Shown here: positions 1 to 11,045 of the stretch, in pieces
Layout of the letters: the number at the start of each line of letters is the position of its first letter
Numbering within the stretch: the stretch's first letter is position 1
NCBI GenBank assembly: GCA_038870975.1
Contig: JAVZJD010000002.1
Coordinates: 352,001 to 416,000 of the forward strand
Direction of reading: 5' to 3'
Source of the DNA: Candidatus Bathyarchaeia archaeon
GTDB taxonomy: Archaea; Thermoproteota; CALKCG01; B24
Length of the DNA: 64,000 nt
Position numbers and translations under genes: made by a program
Notes under the pieces: generated by a model
What the model was told of the DNA's origin: nothing
The model's input: only the letters and a program-made list of their open reading frames with translations
The model's database searches: none

Positions 1-201
1 GACATCTTTTCCGTCAATGTAGACGCGCCCACTATCTGGCTGTAAAAGCCCTGCTATTATCCTCAGAAGTGTAGATTTTCCACAACCGCTTGGCCCCAAT
101 ATGCATACATACTCACCATCTTTAACTGTTAACGTTATACCCCTGAGGGCATGGATTTCCCCAAACTTCTTATTTACATTTATAAGTTTCACTTCAGGCA
201 T
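1..201 (-). CDS. ABC transporter ATP-binding protein, truncated at window edge
   Basis: Manual translation from ATG at 201: [67 protein letters not shown], with Walker A. The start overlaps the upstream stop (TAATG). Not in the ORF track. Confidence 0.9.
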   Translation of the reverse strand, partial: MPEVKLINVNKKFGEIHALRGITLTVKDGEYVCILGPSGCGKSTLLRIIAGLLQPDSGRVYIDGKDV

Positions 202-1295
202 TATGAGACACCCATTATCTCAGCTATAGCTGCTCTTAAACCACCTTTTGGACATGAGAAGAGATGGATGGCATTTGGGTCTACTACCAGAGATACATGT
301 GCGCCCTTCTCAAAACCGCTTTTATCCGTTTTAACTTGCACTTTCAACCCGTTGTTTAGACATACTATAAGCTTTCTATGCTTAAATGAGAAAATGGAGT
401 CTTCAATCTTACCAATAAGTTCTCCGTCAGATTCCTGAATTTTGAAATCTTTCGGTTTAATGCCGATTATGACCATTTCTCCCCTCTTGAACGGGCCTCT
501 TGCAGAAGATTTTAGCCTAATACCACCTATATCGATGATTGTACCATCAACAGAGACTTCTTCAACAATACCCTCCATCAGATTCATATCACTCATAAAT
601 CCCGCGACGAAAACATTCTTAGGTTCTTCAACTATTTCAAACGGTGTTCCAATTTGAACCACCTCACCTCTATTTATAATAGCTATTCTATCGGCTAATG
701 CCAAGGCCTCTTCTACATCATTAGTCACGTGTAAAGTAGTCAAACCCAAACTTTTAACAAAGTCCCTAAGCTCATACTGTAGCTCTGCTTTTATTTTGGC
801 ATCAAGTTGACTCAGGGGTTCATCTAAAAGCAGTATACTTGCACCTGTCACTATAGTTCTAGCTAAGGCTACCCTCTGTTGCATTCCTCCACTCAACTCT
901 CTAGGATACGAATAAGCTCGATTATCTAGGTGCATTAATCTCAATACTTCTAAAGCCCTTTTTTCAGCCTCTCTCGAATCGTAGCCTCTGACTTTTAAGC
1001 CGAAAGCTACATTCTCTAAGATGGTCATATGGGGGAAGAGCGCAAAATTTTGAAAGAATAATGAGACGTTTCTTTCCTCAGGAGGATAGTCGTCAACTCT
1101 AACACCATCTATGTAGATTTCACCAGCATCCTGTTTTAAAAGACCAGCTATTATCCTTAGAAGCGTAGTCTTACCAGCTCCTGTCGGACCGAGTACAACT
1201 ACATATTCACCGTCCGAAATTTCTAAGTTTACATTTTTAAGAGCAAGAAGCCTCCCAAATTTCTTTGAAATATTAGACAGCCTTAAACTTCCCAT
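201..1295 (-). CDS. ABC transporter ATP-binding protein (PotA/MalK/CysA class, C-terminal TOBE-like region)
   Basis: GPTGAGKT Walker A, LSGGMQQR signature, LLLDEP Walker B. Confidence 0.93.
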   Translation of the reverse strand: MGSLRLSNISKKFGRLLALKNVNLEISDGEYVVVLGPTGAGKTTLLRIIAGLLKQDAGEIYIDGVRVDDYPPEERNVSLFFQNFALFPHMTILENVAFGLKVRGYDSREAEKRALEVLRLMHLDNRAYSYPRELSGGMQQRVALARTIVTGASILLLDEPLSQLDAKIKAELQYELRDFVKSLGLTTLHVTNDVEEALALADRIAIINRGEVVQIGTPFEIVEEPKNVFVAGFMSDMNLMEGIVEEVSVDGTIIDIGGIRLKSSARGPFKRGEMVIIGIKPKDFKIQESDGELIGKIEDSIFSFKHRKLIVCLNNGLKVQVKTDKSGFEKGAHVSLVVDPNAIHLFSCPKGGLRAAIAEIMGVS

Positions 1296-1324
1296 TTACA
1301 GCTAAAGTAAGTACATAAAAAATA

Positions 1325-3037
1325 TTAAATTCTTCTCCTTCTACTGACAATTCTAAACACTATCATCATGACCATGGATATAAGGATCAGATAAGCTGAA
1401 GTGAATAGAGCTGCTGGTATAGCTAGTGATTCTACCATGTTTACGACTAAAACCGATATTGGTGTATCTGCTCCCATCACTATCATAGCTGCGCCAGTTT
1501 CCCCAAGAGAATGTGTGAAGGACAAAATAGCTCCAGTAATTATGCCTTCTTTAAGAATAGGTAGGCTTATCTTCTCAATAACATGATATGGATTTGCTCC
1601 TAAAGTTTTTGCAGCATCTTCATATAGCTTTATATTCGACCCTTCGTAAACAGCCATAGTAGTTTCGACTATTACGGGAACCGAAAAAACTATCTGGGTT
1701 AAAATTATGAGCCAGATGCCTGGGGTTAAAAACCCAAGGAACTTTGGACCCCAGAGGAGAAGCATGGATAAGCCTAGAGCAGAAGACGGTATTACAAGCG
1801 GGATTTTAAGTATGGCCCTTAAAACCTTGCCAAACTTATATTTATCGATAATGTACACAAGGGGGATAGACAGGAAGACTGATATGTATGTTGATGAAAA
1901 AGCCGAAACAAAAGATACAGCTGTTGATTTAAGTATCACAGGGAAGTAATTTGCGGGACCAAACAGCTGGTAGATAATGCTCCCCTCAGTCTTCCCAGTA
2001 TACGGGTCTTTAAACATGTGGTTAAAGACCGACTCTATGACCACTATAATTGGAGTGACTGTTAAAACAAGCAAGATGACAGTGCAAAGACCGTAAAAAG
2101 TATTCTTGAGGCTTCTCTTGGACAGTTTAACCTCAAGTCTTATAAGGAGACTTTCAATAGCAGACCCAGAAACTATCGATGGGGGTTTAATAACACCCCC
2201 CTTAGCACCCATTAAAAACAATTCAACAGGGAGGATTATTAACCATGTTATAGCAACCAATATTAACCCAAGAAACGCTGCGGTTCCAAGCTTAAACTCA
2301 AACTCCCACTTAACAACAGCGACAGCTGCAGTAAGTCTCACGCCAGCTACGATAAGCGTTGCACCTGTCTCACCAAGGGATCTGGCAAATGCAAGTACCG
2401 AGCCTGAGAAAATTGCCGGAAATAACTCAGGTATTAGAATCTTCCTAAATGTAGTTAGAGAGGTGGCTCCGAGCGTTCTAGATGCATCTTCGTAGACTAC
2501 ATCAATTTCTCCAAGTTTTGCTTGGACAGTTCTAACTACGTATGGCAGAGTTAGAGTCACATGAACTATGAATACTATAATCGGTACATCTATAAATGGT
2601 AAACTTGATGCAATACTTAAAACTCCCCTACTTAGTCCAAACCACTTACCTATCCCGGAGGCAGTTGTCCATGTCAACAACGATGCGAAACCGAATCCAG
2701 AGGTTGGTATGACAAGCGGTAGTGTGACTAGCGTTTCTAAGAATAGTTTACCTGGAAAATTAGCCCTAGCCAGCATGAATGCAAGAGGTATGCCTAAAAT
2801 AATATCTACGAAAACCGTTAAAGCAGAGAGTTTAAAGGAGAATATGAGGACTTCCGCTATTAATTTCAAGTTTTCGTTTCCTATAAGTGGGTTTTCGAAA
2901 ACCTCATACACGATGTCGTTTATATAGATGATTGGAAAAGAGGCCAAGAAAACTGTTGGAAGGAGCACCAACATTGTAAATGCTAAAAATGTGGAAGCCA
3001 ATACAATAATTCTTAAGATCCTCCAAGAATTCCACAT
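1325..3037 (-). CDS. ABC transporter permease with two fused ModB/CysT/FbpB-like modules
   Basis: Two EAA-like loops (EDASRTLGA, EDAAKTLGA), two SLGETGA motifs, many hydrophobic segments. Confidence 0.88.
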   Translation of the reverse strand: MWNSWRILRIIVLASTFLAFTMLVLLPTVFLASFPIIYINDIVYEVFENPLIGNENLKLIAEVLIFSFKLSALTVFVDIILGIPLAFMLARANFPGKLFLETLVTLPLVIPTSGFGFASLLTWTTASGIGKWFGLSRGVLSIASSLPFIDVPIIVFIVHVTLTLPYVVRTVQAKLGEIDVVYEDASRTLGATSLTTFRKILIPELFPAIFSGSVLAFARSLGETGATLIVAGVRLTAAVAVVKWEFEFKLGTAAFLGLILVAITWLIILPVELFLMGAKGGVIKPPSIVSGSAIESLLIRLEVKLSKRSLKNTFYGLCTVILLVLTVTPIIVVIESVFNHMFKDPYTGKTEGSIIYQLFGPANYFPVILKSTAVSFVSAFSSTYISVFLSIPLVYIIDKYKFGKVLRAILKIPLVIPSSALGLSMLLLWGPKFLGFLTPGIWLIILTQIVFSVPVIVETTMAVYEGSNIKLYEDAAKTLGANPYHVIEKISLPILKEGIITGAILSFTHSLGETGAAMIVMGADTPISVLVVNMVESLAIPAALFTSAYLILISMVMMIVFRIVSRRRRI

Positions 3038-3042
3038 GGTAT

Positions 3043-4182
3043 CTAGCCTCTACTCCTAATTTTAACCCAAATCGTGAAAAGACCCTCAAGTATTTCCCCA
3101 CTAGGGGGGTTATGAATAGTTACATTTAATTCATAGCATACACCATTCTCAGGATTGAAGACTTCACGATCAAGTTCAATGTCGCTTCTAACTGGTCTAA
3201 AGCCGTGCTTAATAGCCTTCTCCTGAGAATCCTTTCTAAGTAAAAATTCAATGAATTTCTCAGCCACCAGCTTTTCCTCATCATCAATCCAGGGGGCATT
3301 TAATATTGCAAACGGGTGGTCGTTGAGAATAGTCCCGAAGCTCGGATACACAGCAACAAGTTGATCCCCCCATCTCTTCAAAGCTTCAACAGAATTGTCA
3401 ATCACAATGTTTTCATAAGCCGAGAATACCGTAAGAGTCGACGGTCCGTTTTCAACAGCCCATTTTCCAAAGAAGCCAGTACTTTTACCGTAGTAAATGA
3501 CTTTAGATTCTATTGTACGCACGATTTCTTGAACAGTTGTATTGACTAAGTCGCTTAACGTCAACTCTTCAACAGGTTTACCAGCGGCTTCAGCAATTTC
3601 AAGCAGTACTGTTGTGACGCCTCCATTGCTTAACATTGGATCTGGATGACCATAGGTAAATTCAACACCTTCTTTAACCAGCCTATAGAGGCTCAGAAAA
3701 CTAGTTAAATTGTATTTATCTAGGAAAGACTTCCAAGTAATTATGACAGTTGGCGTTATTAACACTGGATACCATTCATTAACGATGTCGTAATTGTAGC
3801 CGATTTTCCTCCACTTATAGTTTAAATAGGGAATCCATATGCTAGATGCCGGACTCCAAACGACTGGTTTCGATGAACCGTGCAGTATGAGGTTTACAGT
3901 TTCATGTGAACCTGCGACTGTAAACTCCAACTTGACGGCATGTCCATAATTATCCTTAAAGTACTTTTCAAATAGAGGTGCAATCTCTTCCATCCAACTC
4001 TGTTTTTCACTCGTATAAAGCACCTTAAGAGTAAGCGTTTTCTGAGTTGGAATTAGATTCTTTAAGGCTCTAACAGAGAATACTGCTGCTATCAATGTGA
4101 AGAGTAAGAAGCCTATTAAAATACCCACTAGAAGTAGAAGATATCCCTCTGATGGGACTACTCTACGGCTCTTTTTAGACAT
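3043..4182 (-). CDS. ABC substrate-binding protein, N-terminally membrane anchored
   Basis: N-terminal TM helix; VWSPASSIW, HPDPMLSNGG, YPSFGTILNDHP, KHGFRP motifs; first gene of the ABC operon. Confidence 0.82.
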   Translation of the reverse strand: MSKKSRRVVPSEGYLLLLVGILIGFLLFTLIAAVFSVRALKNLIPTQKTLTLKVLYTSEKQSWMEEIAPLFEKYFKDNYGHAVKLEFTVAGSHETVNLILHGSSKPVVWSPASSIWIPYLNYKWRKIGYNYDIVNEWYPVLITPTVIITWKSFLDKYNLTSFLSLYRLVKEGVEFTYGHPDPMLSNGGVTTVLLEIAEAAGKPVEELTLSDLVNTTVQEIVRTIESKVIYYGKSTGFFGKWAVENGPSTLTVFSAYENIVIDNSVEALKRWGDQLVAVYPSFGTILNDHPFAILNAPWIDDEEKLVAEKFIEFLLRKDSQEKAIKHGFRPVRSDIELDREVFNPENGVCYELNVTIHNPPSGEILEGLFTIWVKIRSRG

Positions 4183-4319
4183 CGTTTCACTTTACCGATA
4201 TAGAAAAGTATTAAATTACCTTTAGCTTTTTCTCTGCAGGTTTATAAGCGCATTTCTCAGACTTAAGAGACTATGAATAAGCTTTTTTAGAACCTTAACG
4301 ATCATAACTATGATTATTA

Positions 4320-5021
4320 TTGAGTGAAGAACTTTTAGAGTGGCTCCGTAGAAGACGTAGGGTTTCGGCTATAGAGCATATGGAAGACCATCTTGAGTTA
4401 ACCGTAGACTGCGTAGAGGCGTTGTATAACGCTATAAAAATGTCTTTAAGTGGTTTAGAAGACCCCTCACAGAAGCTTAAAGAGCTATCCTATAAGGAGA
4501 TGGAGGCAGATTACATAAGGAGGTCCATTTTAAATGAACTTTCAGCTAGTGAACTAATGCCAGATGATAAGGCTTCTTTAATGGATCTCGTTCGGAGAAT
4601 AGATTGGATAGCAGATTGGGCTAGAGAAGCCGGTAGGTTAATGACCATCATACGTATCGAGAAGCTTAATGAAGATTTGAAAAATTCTCTTCTCAAAATG
4701 GTGGAGCGAGTTAGGGAATGCGCATATAATGTGAAGAATACTATTTCGCTGTTAATTTCGGATGTGGAGAAATCTCTTGTAAGTGCCGATAGAGTTGAGA
4801 GATTGGAAGAAGAAGTGGATGATATTTACGAGGAGTGTCGTAAAATCTTTGTAAAAGAGAGCTCCTGTGGAGATGCTACGCTTGGTGAGGCCATAATGAT
4901 TGCTCAGTTTCTAGATGCCCTTGAAAACGTAGCAGATTGGTGTGAAAACACCGTAGACCAAGTTAGAGTTATAGCTGTTAGAGTTTCTATGCCCAGGGGA
5001 TTAAAAACTACCAGGTCTTAG
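4320..5021 (+). CDS. DUF47 / PhoU-like phosphate transport regulator
   Basis: Duplicated helical repeats EMEADYIRR...DWIAD and EEEVDDIY...ENVADWCE. Confidence 0.82.
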   Translation: MSEELLEWLRRRRRVSAIEHMEDHLELTVDCVEALYNAIKMSLSGLEDPSQKLKELSYKEMEADYIRRSILNELSASELMPDDKASLMDLVRRIDWIADWAREAGRLMTIIRIEKLNEDLKNSLLKMVERVRECAYNVKNTISLLISDVEKSLVSADRVERLEEEVDDIYEECRKIFVKESSCGDATLGEAIMIAQFLDALENVADWCENTVDQVRVIAVRVSMPRGLKTTRS

Positions 5022-5133
5022 TTAAGCGCTAAAACAATGTAATGAAACTAAAATAATAGCTCAACTATTTAAAGAGAGAGTATTTAGATTAAGCTGTTGA
5101 ATATGAACCTAGTATTCAACTGGAGGATCTGAT

Positions 5134-5388
5134 ATGAGCGAGAGAAGCATGGGTTTCCTCTTATGTTTGTTAAGTATAGTAATCATAGTGGTTTATACGT
5201 GGATTTTATTCCTATCGCCAACGGACTGGGAGATTATGGATAAGCAACTTAGCTGGTGGGCTTTGGCGATACCCGTATACATTATCGTTTTAATTTTCTG
5301 GGCCATCCTGATATGGATTGGATGGGCTATGGCGACTACTAAAGCACCTCCAACACCTATGTCTGAAGAAAAGAAGGAAAAAGGCTAA
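5134..5388 (+). CDS. Small two-TM membrane protein
   Basis: GGAGG RBS, two hydrophobic helices, [15 protein letters not shown] tail. Confidence 0.72.
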   Translation: MSERSMGFLLCLLSIVIIVVYTWILFLSPTDWEIMDKQLSWWALAIPVYIIVLIFWAILIWIGWAMATTKAPPTPMSEEKKEKG

Positions 5389-5561
5389 CTACTGAGACTC
5401 GTTATCCAATTTTGACCCGGTTTTCTATTCAATACTAACCGTTTGATATAGTTGCTCTTGTTTTTAACTCTAGGCGATGGGGAAGTTTTAGGCTTAGCTG
5501 GTATCTTAGGAGTTTGACTTCTAACCTTACCAGCTTTTGTAAGGCTTCCGTGAGTTGGCAT
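5385..5561 (-). CDS. rps30e: 30S ribosomal protein S30e
   Basis: Manual translation [25 protein letters not shown]... (58 aa) carries the eS30 signature; below the ORF-track size cutoff. Confidence 0.95.
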   Translation of the reverse strand: MPTHGSLTKAGKVRSQTPKIPAKPKTSPSPRVKNKSNYIKRLVLNRKPGQNWITSLSS

Positions 5562-5734
5562 AATCTACACCTGAGTAGATAACCTTCAGAGATGTTTAAA
5601 AACTTAACTTTTACAGACCCTTTTTATTCAAATATTCTCCAATAAATCTTCCGCTTAAGAATATCCCAATTTTTCCTAAATATGGAGTACACCTAGGGAA
5701 TACTTTATTTTTTAAGATCTACTCTATAAAGCTG

Positions 5735-6667
5735 ATGAATAGTCAAGAGCAGAGAGCACTCTTAGAGGTTAAAATTTTAAATTTGAGTTTTCCAAATCCG
5801 CTTATTCTGGCTGCTGGAGTACTTGGTTTAACCTCGCCAATTCTCAAAAGAGTTGAACTGTCAGGTGCAGGAGGCATAGTTACAAAATCTATAGGTCTTT
5901 TACCAAGGGAGGGATATCCAAATCCTACGATCGTTGATTTAGGGTTTGGACTCTTAAATTCAATGGGTCTACCAAATCCAGGGTTAAAAGCGTTCATAGA
6001 GGAGCTTGAATACCTTGAAGAGTTAAAGGTCCCCCTCATATTGAGTATTTATGCGTTTTCTAAAGATGAATTAGTAGAAATGGGAAACATTATTTCAGAA
6101 CTTAAAACCGTTTCGGCGGTGGAACTTAATGTTTCCTGTCCCCACGTGGGAGAGGTTTCAGAAGTAGGTAGAGACCCTGAACTTGTAAAATCCTACGTTA
6201 AAACGCTTAAAGATAGTTTAAACAATAAACCGATCATAGTGAAACTTACACCAAACGTTTCAGATGTAGTGTCAATAGCTACAGCAGCCGTCAACGGAGG
6301 AGCTGATGCATTAACAGCGATAAACACTGTAAAGGCCATGGCTATAGACGTAGAAACTGGTAGACCGGTATTGGCTGGAAGGTTTGGCGGATTATCGGGG
6401 CCAGCTATTAAACCAATAGCTTTGAGATGTGTTTACGAAATAACTGAGTCGCTAGATGTTCCAGTATTTGGATGTGGAGGTATAGAAACAGCCCGAGACG
6501 TTATCGAATTCATCATGGCTGGAGCCGTTGCAGTTCAAGTAGGGTCTGCTATAGCTAAACGGGGGTTGAGAGTTTTTAGAGAAATTTCAAAAGAACTGAG
6601 GGAATTTTTGAAGATTAAGGGCTTTAAATCCTTGGAAGAAATCAGGGGGCTAGCCCATAAAAGGTGA
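5735..6667 (+). CDS. pyrD: Dihydroorotate dehydrogenase, family 1B catalytic subunit
   Basis: NSMGLPNPG, ELNVSCPH, VKLTPN, GGLSGPAIKP. Confidence 0.95.
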   Translation: MNSQEQRALLEVKILNLSFPNPLILAAGVLGLTSPILKRVELSGAGGIVTKSIGLLPREGYPNPTIVDLGFGLLNSMGLPNPGLKAFIEELEYLEELKVPLILSIYAFSKDELVEMGNIISELKTVSAVELNVSCPHVGEVSEVGRDPELVKSYVKTLKDSLNNKPIIVKLTPNVSDVVSIATAAVNGGADALTAINTVKAMAIDVETGRPVLAGRFGGLSGPAIKPIALRCVYEITESLDVPVFGCGGIETARDVIEFIMAGAVAVQVGSAIAKRGLRVFREISKELREFLKIKGFKSLEEIRGLAHKR

Positions 6668-6674
6668 AGTCTAA

Positions 6675-7475
6675 ATGAAGAACATTAGAAGGCCCGTAGA
6701 AATTTGTTCAGTTATAGAGGAAAACTTCAAAGTTAAAACACTATTGTTTAAAGATAGGCTCTGTTCGAAGAGCAGGCCCGGTCAATTTCTAATGGTTTGG
6801 ATAGTCGGTGTAGATGAGATACCGTTGAGCATTTCAAGAATTGGAGACATATGTGGGATAACCGTTGCTAAGGTTGGTGAGGCTACAGAAGCCTTACACA
6901 GATTAAAAGTTGGAGATAAGTTCTATATTCGGGGACCCTATGGCAACGGATTTAAAGAAATAGGGCAGTATACGGCAGTTGTAGCTGGAGGGATTGGATT
7001 AGCCGCATTAATGCCATTAATTGAAAGGCTTAAGACTTCCAACCGTAAAATTGACATCTTCCTGGGCTTTAGAAGTAAATCTGATGCCTTCTGGATAGAC
7101 TTACTTGCAAAAAACGTCAACGGTGAGTTTATAATTTCCACGGATGACGGAAGCTTAGGGGTTAAAGGCTTGATCAGTGAAATCTTTCAAAGATTTGTTG
7201 AAGATTTTAAACCACAGTACGATACCGTCTACACATGTGGACCGCCAAGTATGATACGTCAAATATTCAGAGTTTGCGAGAGAATGAGGTATAGAGTCCA
7301 AGCGAGTCTAGAAGCATATATGAAGTGCGCGATGGGAATATGTGGAAGCTGTTGCCTAGGACCCTATAGGGTCTGTAGTGATGGACCTGTCTTTTCAAAT
7401 CGTCAACTGGCAAAAATGCCTGAACTCGGCATATATACACGTGGCTCAGATGGAATGAAGAAGCTCATTCAATGA
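6675..7475 (+). CDS. pyrK: Dihydroorotate dehydrogenase electron transfer subunit
   Basis: RGPYGNGF, GGIG, CGP, MKCAMGICGSC...VCSDGPVF 2Fe-2S motif; adjacent to pyrD. Confidence 0.93.
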   Translation: MKNIRRPVEICSVIEENFKVKTLLFKDRLCSKSRPGQFLMVWIVGVDEIPLSISRIGDICGITVAKVGEATEALHRLKVGDKFYIRGPYGNGFKEIGQYTAVVAGGIGLAALMPLIERLKTSNRKIDIFLGFRSKSDAFWIDLLAKNVNGEFIISTDDGSLGVKGLISEIFQRFVEDFKPQYDTVYTCGPPSMIRQIFRVCERMRYRVQASLEAYMKCAMGICGSCCLGPYRVCSDGPVFSNRQLAKMPELGIYTRGSDGMKKLIQ

Positions 7476-7593
7476 CTTATGTGTTTTAGACGCTACAATG
7501 GCATCTCATCATACCTTACGTCATAAATCTTAAAGGATGTTAAATAAACTGTACGATAAAGTTGGGGGTGTTCACTTAGGGAGGGATTGATAT

Positions 7594-8196
7594 ATGTTTA
7601 ACCATGAGGAAAATCCCAAAGCCAGATATTTTAACGGTGAAGTCTATTCAAACTATTTAGTTGTTGTAGCTCACTGTGTGCTCAACCAAGCAACTAGATG
7701 GTTTTGGAACAACGAGTCTGGTGCTTGGACTGAAGGATTCATTTCAGACTTTCTTGAGAAGCTCAAAATGATGGGGGTTGGATTATATCAACTTCCATGT
7801 CCAGAGTTCAGTTTGTTAGGAAACCCTAGGAGGCCTATGACCCGGGACGAGTATGAAGTTCTGCCTGGATTCGTAGATCACTGTAGAACTTTAGCTAAAA
7901 ATACTCTTCGAGACTTGAAAGCGTTTAAAGAACTTTCAACAAAACCTAAAATAGTGATTTTAGCCATCATAGGTATCGAGGGAAGTCCATCGTGTGGAGT
8001 AGAATTCACCTCACGTAAAATCACAAACACCAGTGTAAGACTCACTGGAAGAGGGATTTTCATGGAAATACTAGAAGAGTTGATGAGTATTGAGGGAATG
8101 AATATACCCTTCTTCGGTTTAGACGGTAGGAGGCTGACAGAGTCCATTTCAAATATTTCCCATCTGTTAGAGAAGCGTATTAAAGAGCTAGTCTAA
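7594..8196 (+). CDS. DUF523/TudS-related Fe-S protein (putative thio-nucleobase desulfidase)
   Basis: HCVLNQ, QLPCPE, GSPSCG, GIFME motifs. Confidence 0.72.
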   Translation: MFNHEENPKARYFNGEVYSNYLVVVAHCVLNQATRWFWNNESGAWTEGFISDFLEKLKMMGVGLYQLPCPEFSLLGNPRRPMTRDEYEVLPGFVDHCRTLAKNTLRDLKAFKELSTKPKIVILAIIGIEGSPSCGVEFTSRKITNTSVRLTGRGIFMEILEELMSIEGMNIPFFGLDGRRLTESISNISHLLEKRIKELV

Positions 8197-8580
8197 AATC
8201 TCTATGAAGCCTCTATCAGCATAAACTTTTACAAAGACTCCATTTTTAAACACGTTTTTCTCAGGCTTGTCGACCAAAGGTATGCCTGCAATTATAGCTC
8301 CAACTGCAACTATAGGCTCGGCCTCCATACATATCATCGCCGAAGGAGCCTTCCCTTTCTTAGCTAAACCGTAGATAACGTAAGAGCCTACTGTTGAACC
8401 TCTACCAGCTTGAAAAACTAAGACTCTACCAGTTATAGACTTCCCATAGAGAGAGTGTTTTTCATCACATACCACTCCAGTTGTTCTATCGATTTGACCG
8501 AAGAAGCTTAGAGGCTCAGGAGATACTAGAGCATAACCTTCTCCATATCCTTTAGATATGCTTCTACATCTTATAATCAA
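8188..8580 (-). CDS. Aconitase X swiveling subunit (phosphomevalonate dehydratase small subunit)
   Basis: DUF126-type GRGSTVGSY and EPIVAVGAIIAGIP; next to the AcnX large subunit. Confidence 0.88.
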   Translation of the reverse strand: MIIRCRSISKGYGEGYALVSPEPLSFFGQIDRTTGVVCDEKHSLYGKSITGRVLVFQAGRGSTVGSYVIYGLAKKGKAPSAMICMEAEPIVAVGAIIAGIPLVDKPEKNVFKNGVFVKVYADRGFIEILD

Positions 8581-8585
8581 TTATA

Positions 8586-9782
8586 TCATCCCTCTGTGAC
8601 GGATTCTATGCAGTTTTTAAGATTCCCATAAAAAACGTTTACCTTCGTTAGAAGGCTTGTATAGAATGCAGCTTTAGCACTATCTACGGCAACGTTTTTA
8701 AAACCTAGATCCTTAAGGGGGGCCAAAGCCATACAACAGTCTGTATAGACTTCTCCACCAGCGTTTTTTATGATTCTAAGGAGACCGCATTTTTCAGCTA
8801 GTTTTTTAACACCGATAGATGTGAAAAACCAGATCTTGCAACCCTTCTTTACATGCCTATTCTTTAATATTTTAACAGCATCTTCGAGCTCTGAGAGAGA
8901 CATATGTGGACAGCCTATAGCAACTAGCTCTACAGACCCATTTACCGGTTTAAAATATTCATCGTAGGTCTCTGTTAGGTCTCTACTTGAGAAGTTTAGC
9001 CTTTCTACCTGATCTATCAAGGCATCCTTATACTCAGGTGTAGCCTCTTCAACGTGATATAAAGCAATACTACCTGCAGCTCCTAAACCAGCTCCCAATG
9101 CCTTAAGCTCCTCACTGCGATTGGGTTTTAAACCTCGAAAATATGGAACACCTGAAGTTATGGTCTTACCGACCCAATAGCCGAGAGCACTATAGTCACT
9201 TAAAGTTTCAAGTTTAACATCCACGTTAATCAATACTGTAGCCTTACGGTTCTCATCTAAGTGAAACCCATAATTGGGTGTTTTACCTACTATGGCTGAT
9301 GCTAAAGCTGAAGGCCCTCCTTCTCGATTTGTTCTAGCACCTAAAACTGAGTTTGCAAAGCATACAGCTGAAGATTCAGACCAAGCTATGTGCTCACCAA
9401 ACCTAGGGATTATACCCGCAAGGTAGGGAGTGCAGGAACATATTGGTTTAACTCCCAACCTCGTATATGCTTGTATTATCCTAAATTGCTTAGAAGCATA
9501 CTCCTGAGATACACCCATGTCCATCCAACTTTCAAGGTCTATGCTCGCTGGATTCAGCGTAGCCAACACTGCGACATGACAATTCCCTAGAGATTCAAGC
9601 CACTCTATACCTTCATCTCCCAGAGAAGTGTAGCTTACACCAGCTATTTGAGCTGAGGATATCCGTATTAGTCTGTCCGCACCATAGATGTCGCCTAATG
9701 CTACAACAATTTCCATAGCTTTCTGTTTAGCGTAACCCTCCTCCCCCTTGAGGATACGTTCCTCCTCTTTTGTCAAGTACAA
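8586..9782 (-). CDS. Aconitase X catalytic subunit (phosphomevalonate dehydratase large subunit)
   Basis: CSCTPY, WSESSA, GARTNREGGP, GCPH, DSAKAA. Confidence 0.9.
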   Translation of the reverse strand: MYLTKEEERILKGEEGYAKQKAMEIVVALGDIYGADRLIRISSAQIAGVSYTSLGDEGIEWLESLGNCHVAVLATLNPASIDLESWMDMGVSQEYASKQFRIIQAYTRLGVKPICSCTPYLAGIIPRFGEHIAWSESSAVCFANSVLGARTNREGGPSALASAIVGKTPNYGFHLDENRKATVLINVDVKLETLSDYSALGYWVGKTITSGVPYFRGLKPNRSEELKALGAGLGAAGSIALYHVEEATPEYKDALIDQVERLNFSSRDLTETYDEYFKPVNGSVELVAIGCPHMSLSELEDAVKILKNRHVKKGCKIWFFTSIGVKKLAEKCGLLRIIKNAGGEVYTDCCMALAPLKDLGFKNVAVDSAKAAFYTSLLTKVNVFYGNLKNCIESVTEG

Positions 9783-9785
9783 AGT

Positions 9786-11045
9786 CTAGACAAGCCTCCT
9801 GAAAGAATTTATATCAGCTCCTAGTGGAATGGTAGCATCTACAATCCACTTAGACGTTAGGCCTGTCTTCCCCTGCGATGGATCTAGACTTGAACCCCTA
9901 ACACCTGAAATTATCACAACACCCTTATCTGGTTGCAACCTTGTCGCCAGAGCCCATTCAACATCATTTGGACTCTCGACATCTATATCATCGTCAACTA
10001 CAATAACCATTTTAAGGCTTGGATGGGCCGCTAAGGCTGCTAAACCAGCGTTCTTCCCATCACCTTCGTGCATCTTCTTAATCGCAACAACAGCGTGAAG
10101 CCAACAACAACCACCAGATGTAAGGTGGACACTTTTGACAGTGGGTACAGTGTTTTTAATGATTTTAAGCATTCTAGCCTCTTGTGGAACACCCATTAAG
10201 TGTTTATGCTCTAAACCACCAGGTAAGATCAAATGCCAGATCGGTTCACGTTTCATATAGAGCTTCTCAACTTCTAGGATGGGTTGTTTTCTAACAGCAT
10301 CGATTGTCCCAGTAAGGTCTACAAAGGGTCCTTCGTCAGCCTCTTCATCTTTGAGGATCTTGCCCACCATAACAATTTCTGCCTCAGCTGGTACATCAAG
10401 TCCATCCATGTTTATGCACTGGAATTCATGGAAGACCCTTGCAAGTTGCAACTCATTTAATTCGGGATATGAAGTTGCTGCGGCCATACATATAGTTGGA
10501 TGGACACCTGATACTATAGCGACTTTCGTATCTCTACCCAACTTACGATTGAGAGTATAAAACCTGTATAAATCTCTTGGAACTATCCTTATCGCAAGTT
10601 TGTTTTTCTCCAATAGCATAAGCCTATGGAACGACGCATTCATCCTACCAGTCTCTGGATCCCTTGCTAAGACTATCGTTCCAGTTGCATACCGTCGTCC
10701 AAGACCTCTGTAGAATATCGGAAACGGTAGATGTTTTATGAGATCTGGTTTCTCGTAGACATTTTCCATGAATTCGGCAGAGTCTGTATATTCATAGGAT
10801 TTAGGATGCTCTAGAGCATCAGACCAAGCTTCGTGAAGTTTTTCATATGGTATCTTTATGGCCTTAGATATCATCCTTCTAGAGCTACATAAATTTCCGA
10901 CGACTTTTAAACCTGGATACCCTCTCACTCTTCGAAATACGACTGGGATGTCAGTCTTCGTAAGATATTCTGCAAACCCGTAGTCTGGGTCTACTTCGTC
11001 GTCTATATATACCGCCCCAACTTCTTCCAAAAACTTTCTAAGCAC
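9786..11045 (-). CDS. UbiD-family decarboxylase, likely anhydromevalonate phosphate decarboxylase
   Basis: EGPFVDLTG, VVDDDIDV, VEWALATR, GSSLDPS, DATIP; co-operonic with AcnX. Confidence 0.85.
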   Translation of the reverse strand: MLRKFLEEVGAVYIDDEVDPDYGFAEYLTKTDIPVVFRRVRGYPGLKVVGNLCSSRRMISKAIKIPYEKLHEAWSDALEHPKSYEYTDSAEFMENVYEKPDLIKHLPFPIFYRGLGRRYATGTIVLARDPETGRMNASFHRLMLLEKNKLAIRIVPRDLYRFYTLNRKLGRDTKVAIVSGVHPTICMAAATSYPELNELQLARVFHEFQCINMDGLDVPAEAEIVMVGKILKDEEADEGPFVDLTGTIDAVRKQPILEVEKLYMKREPIWHLILPGGLEHKHLMGVPQEARMLKIIKNTVPTVKSVHLTSGGCCWLHAVVAIKKMHEGDGKNAGLAALAAHPSLKMVIVVDDDIDVESPNDVEWALATRLQPDKGVVIISGVRGSSLDPSQGKTGLTSKWIVDATIPLGADINSFRRLV

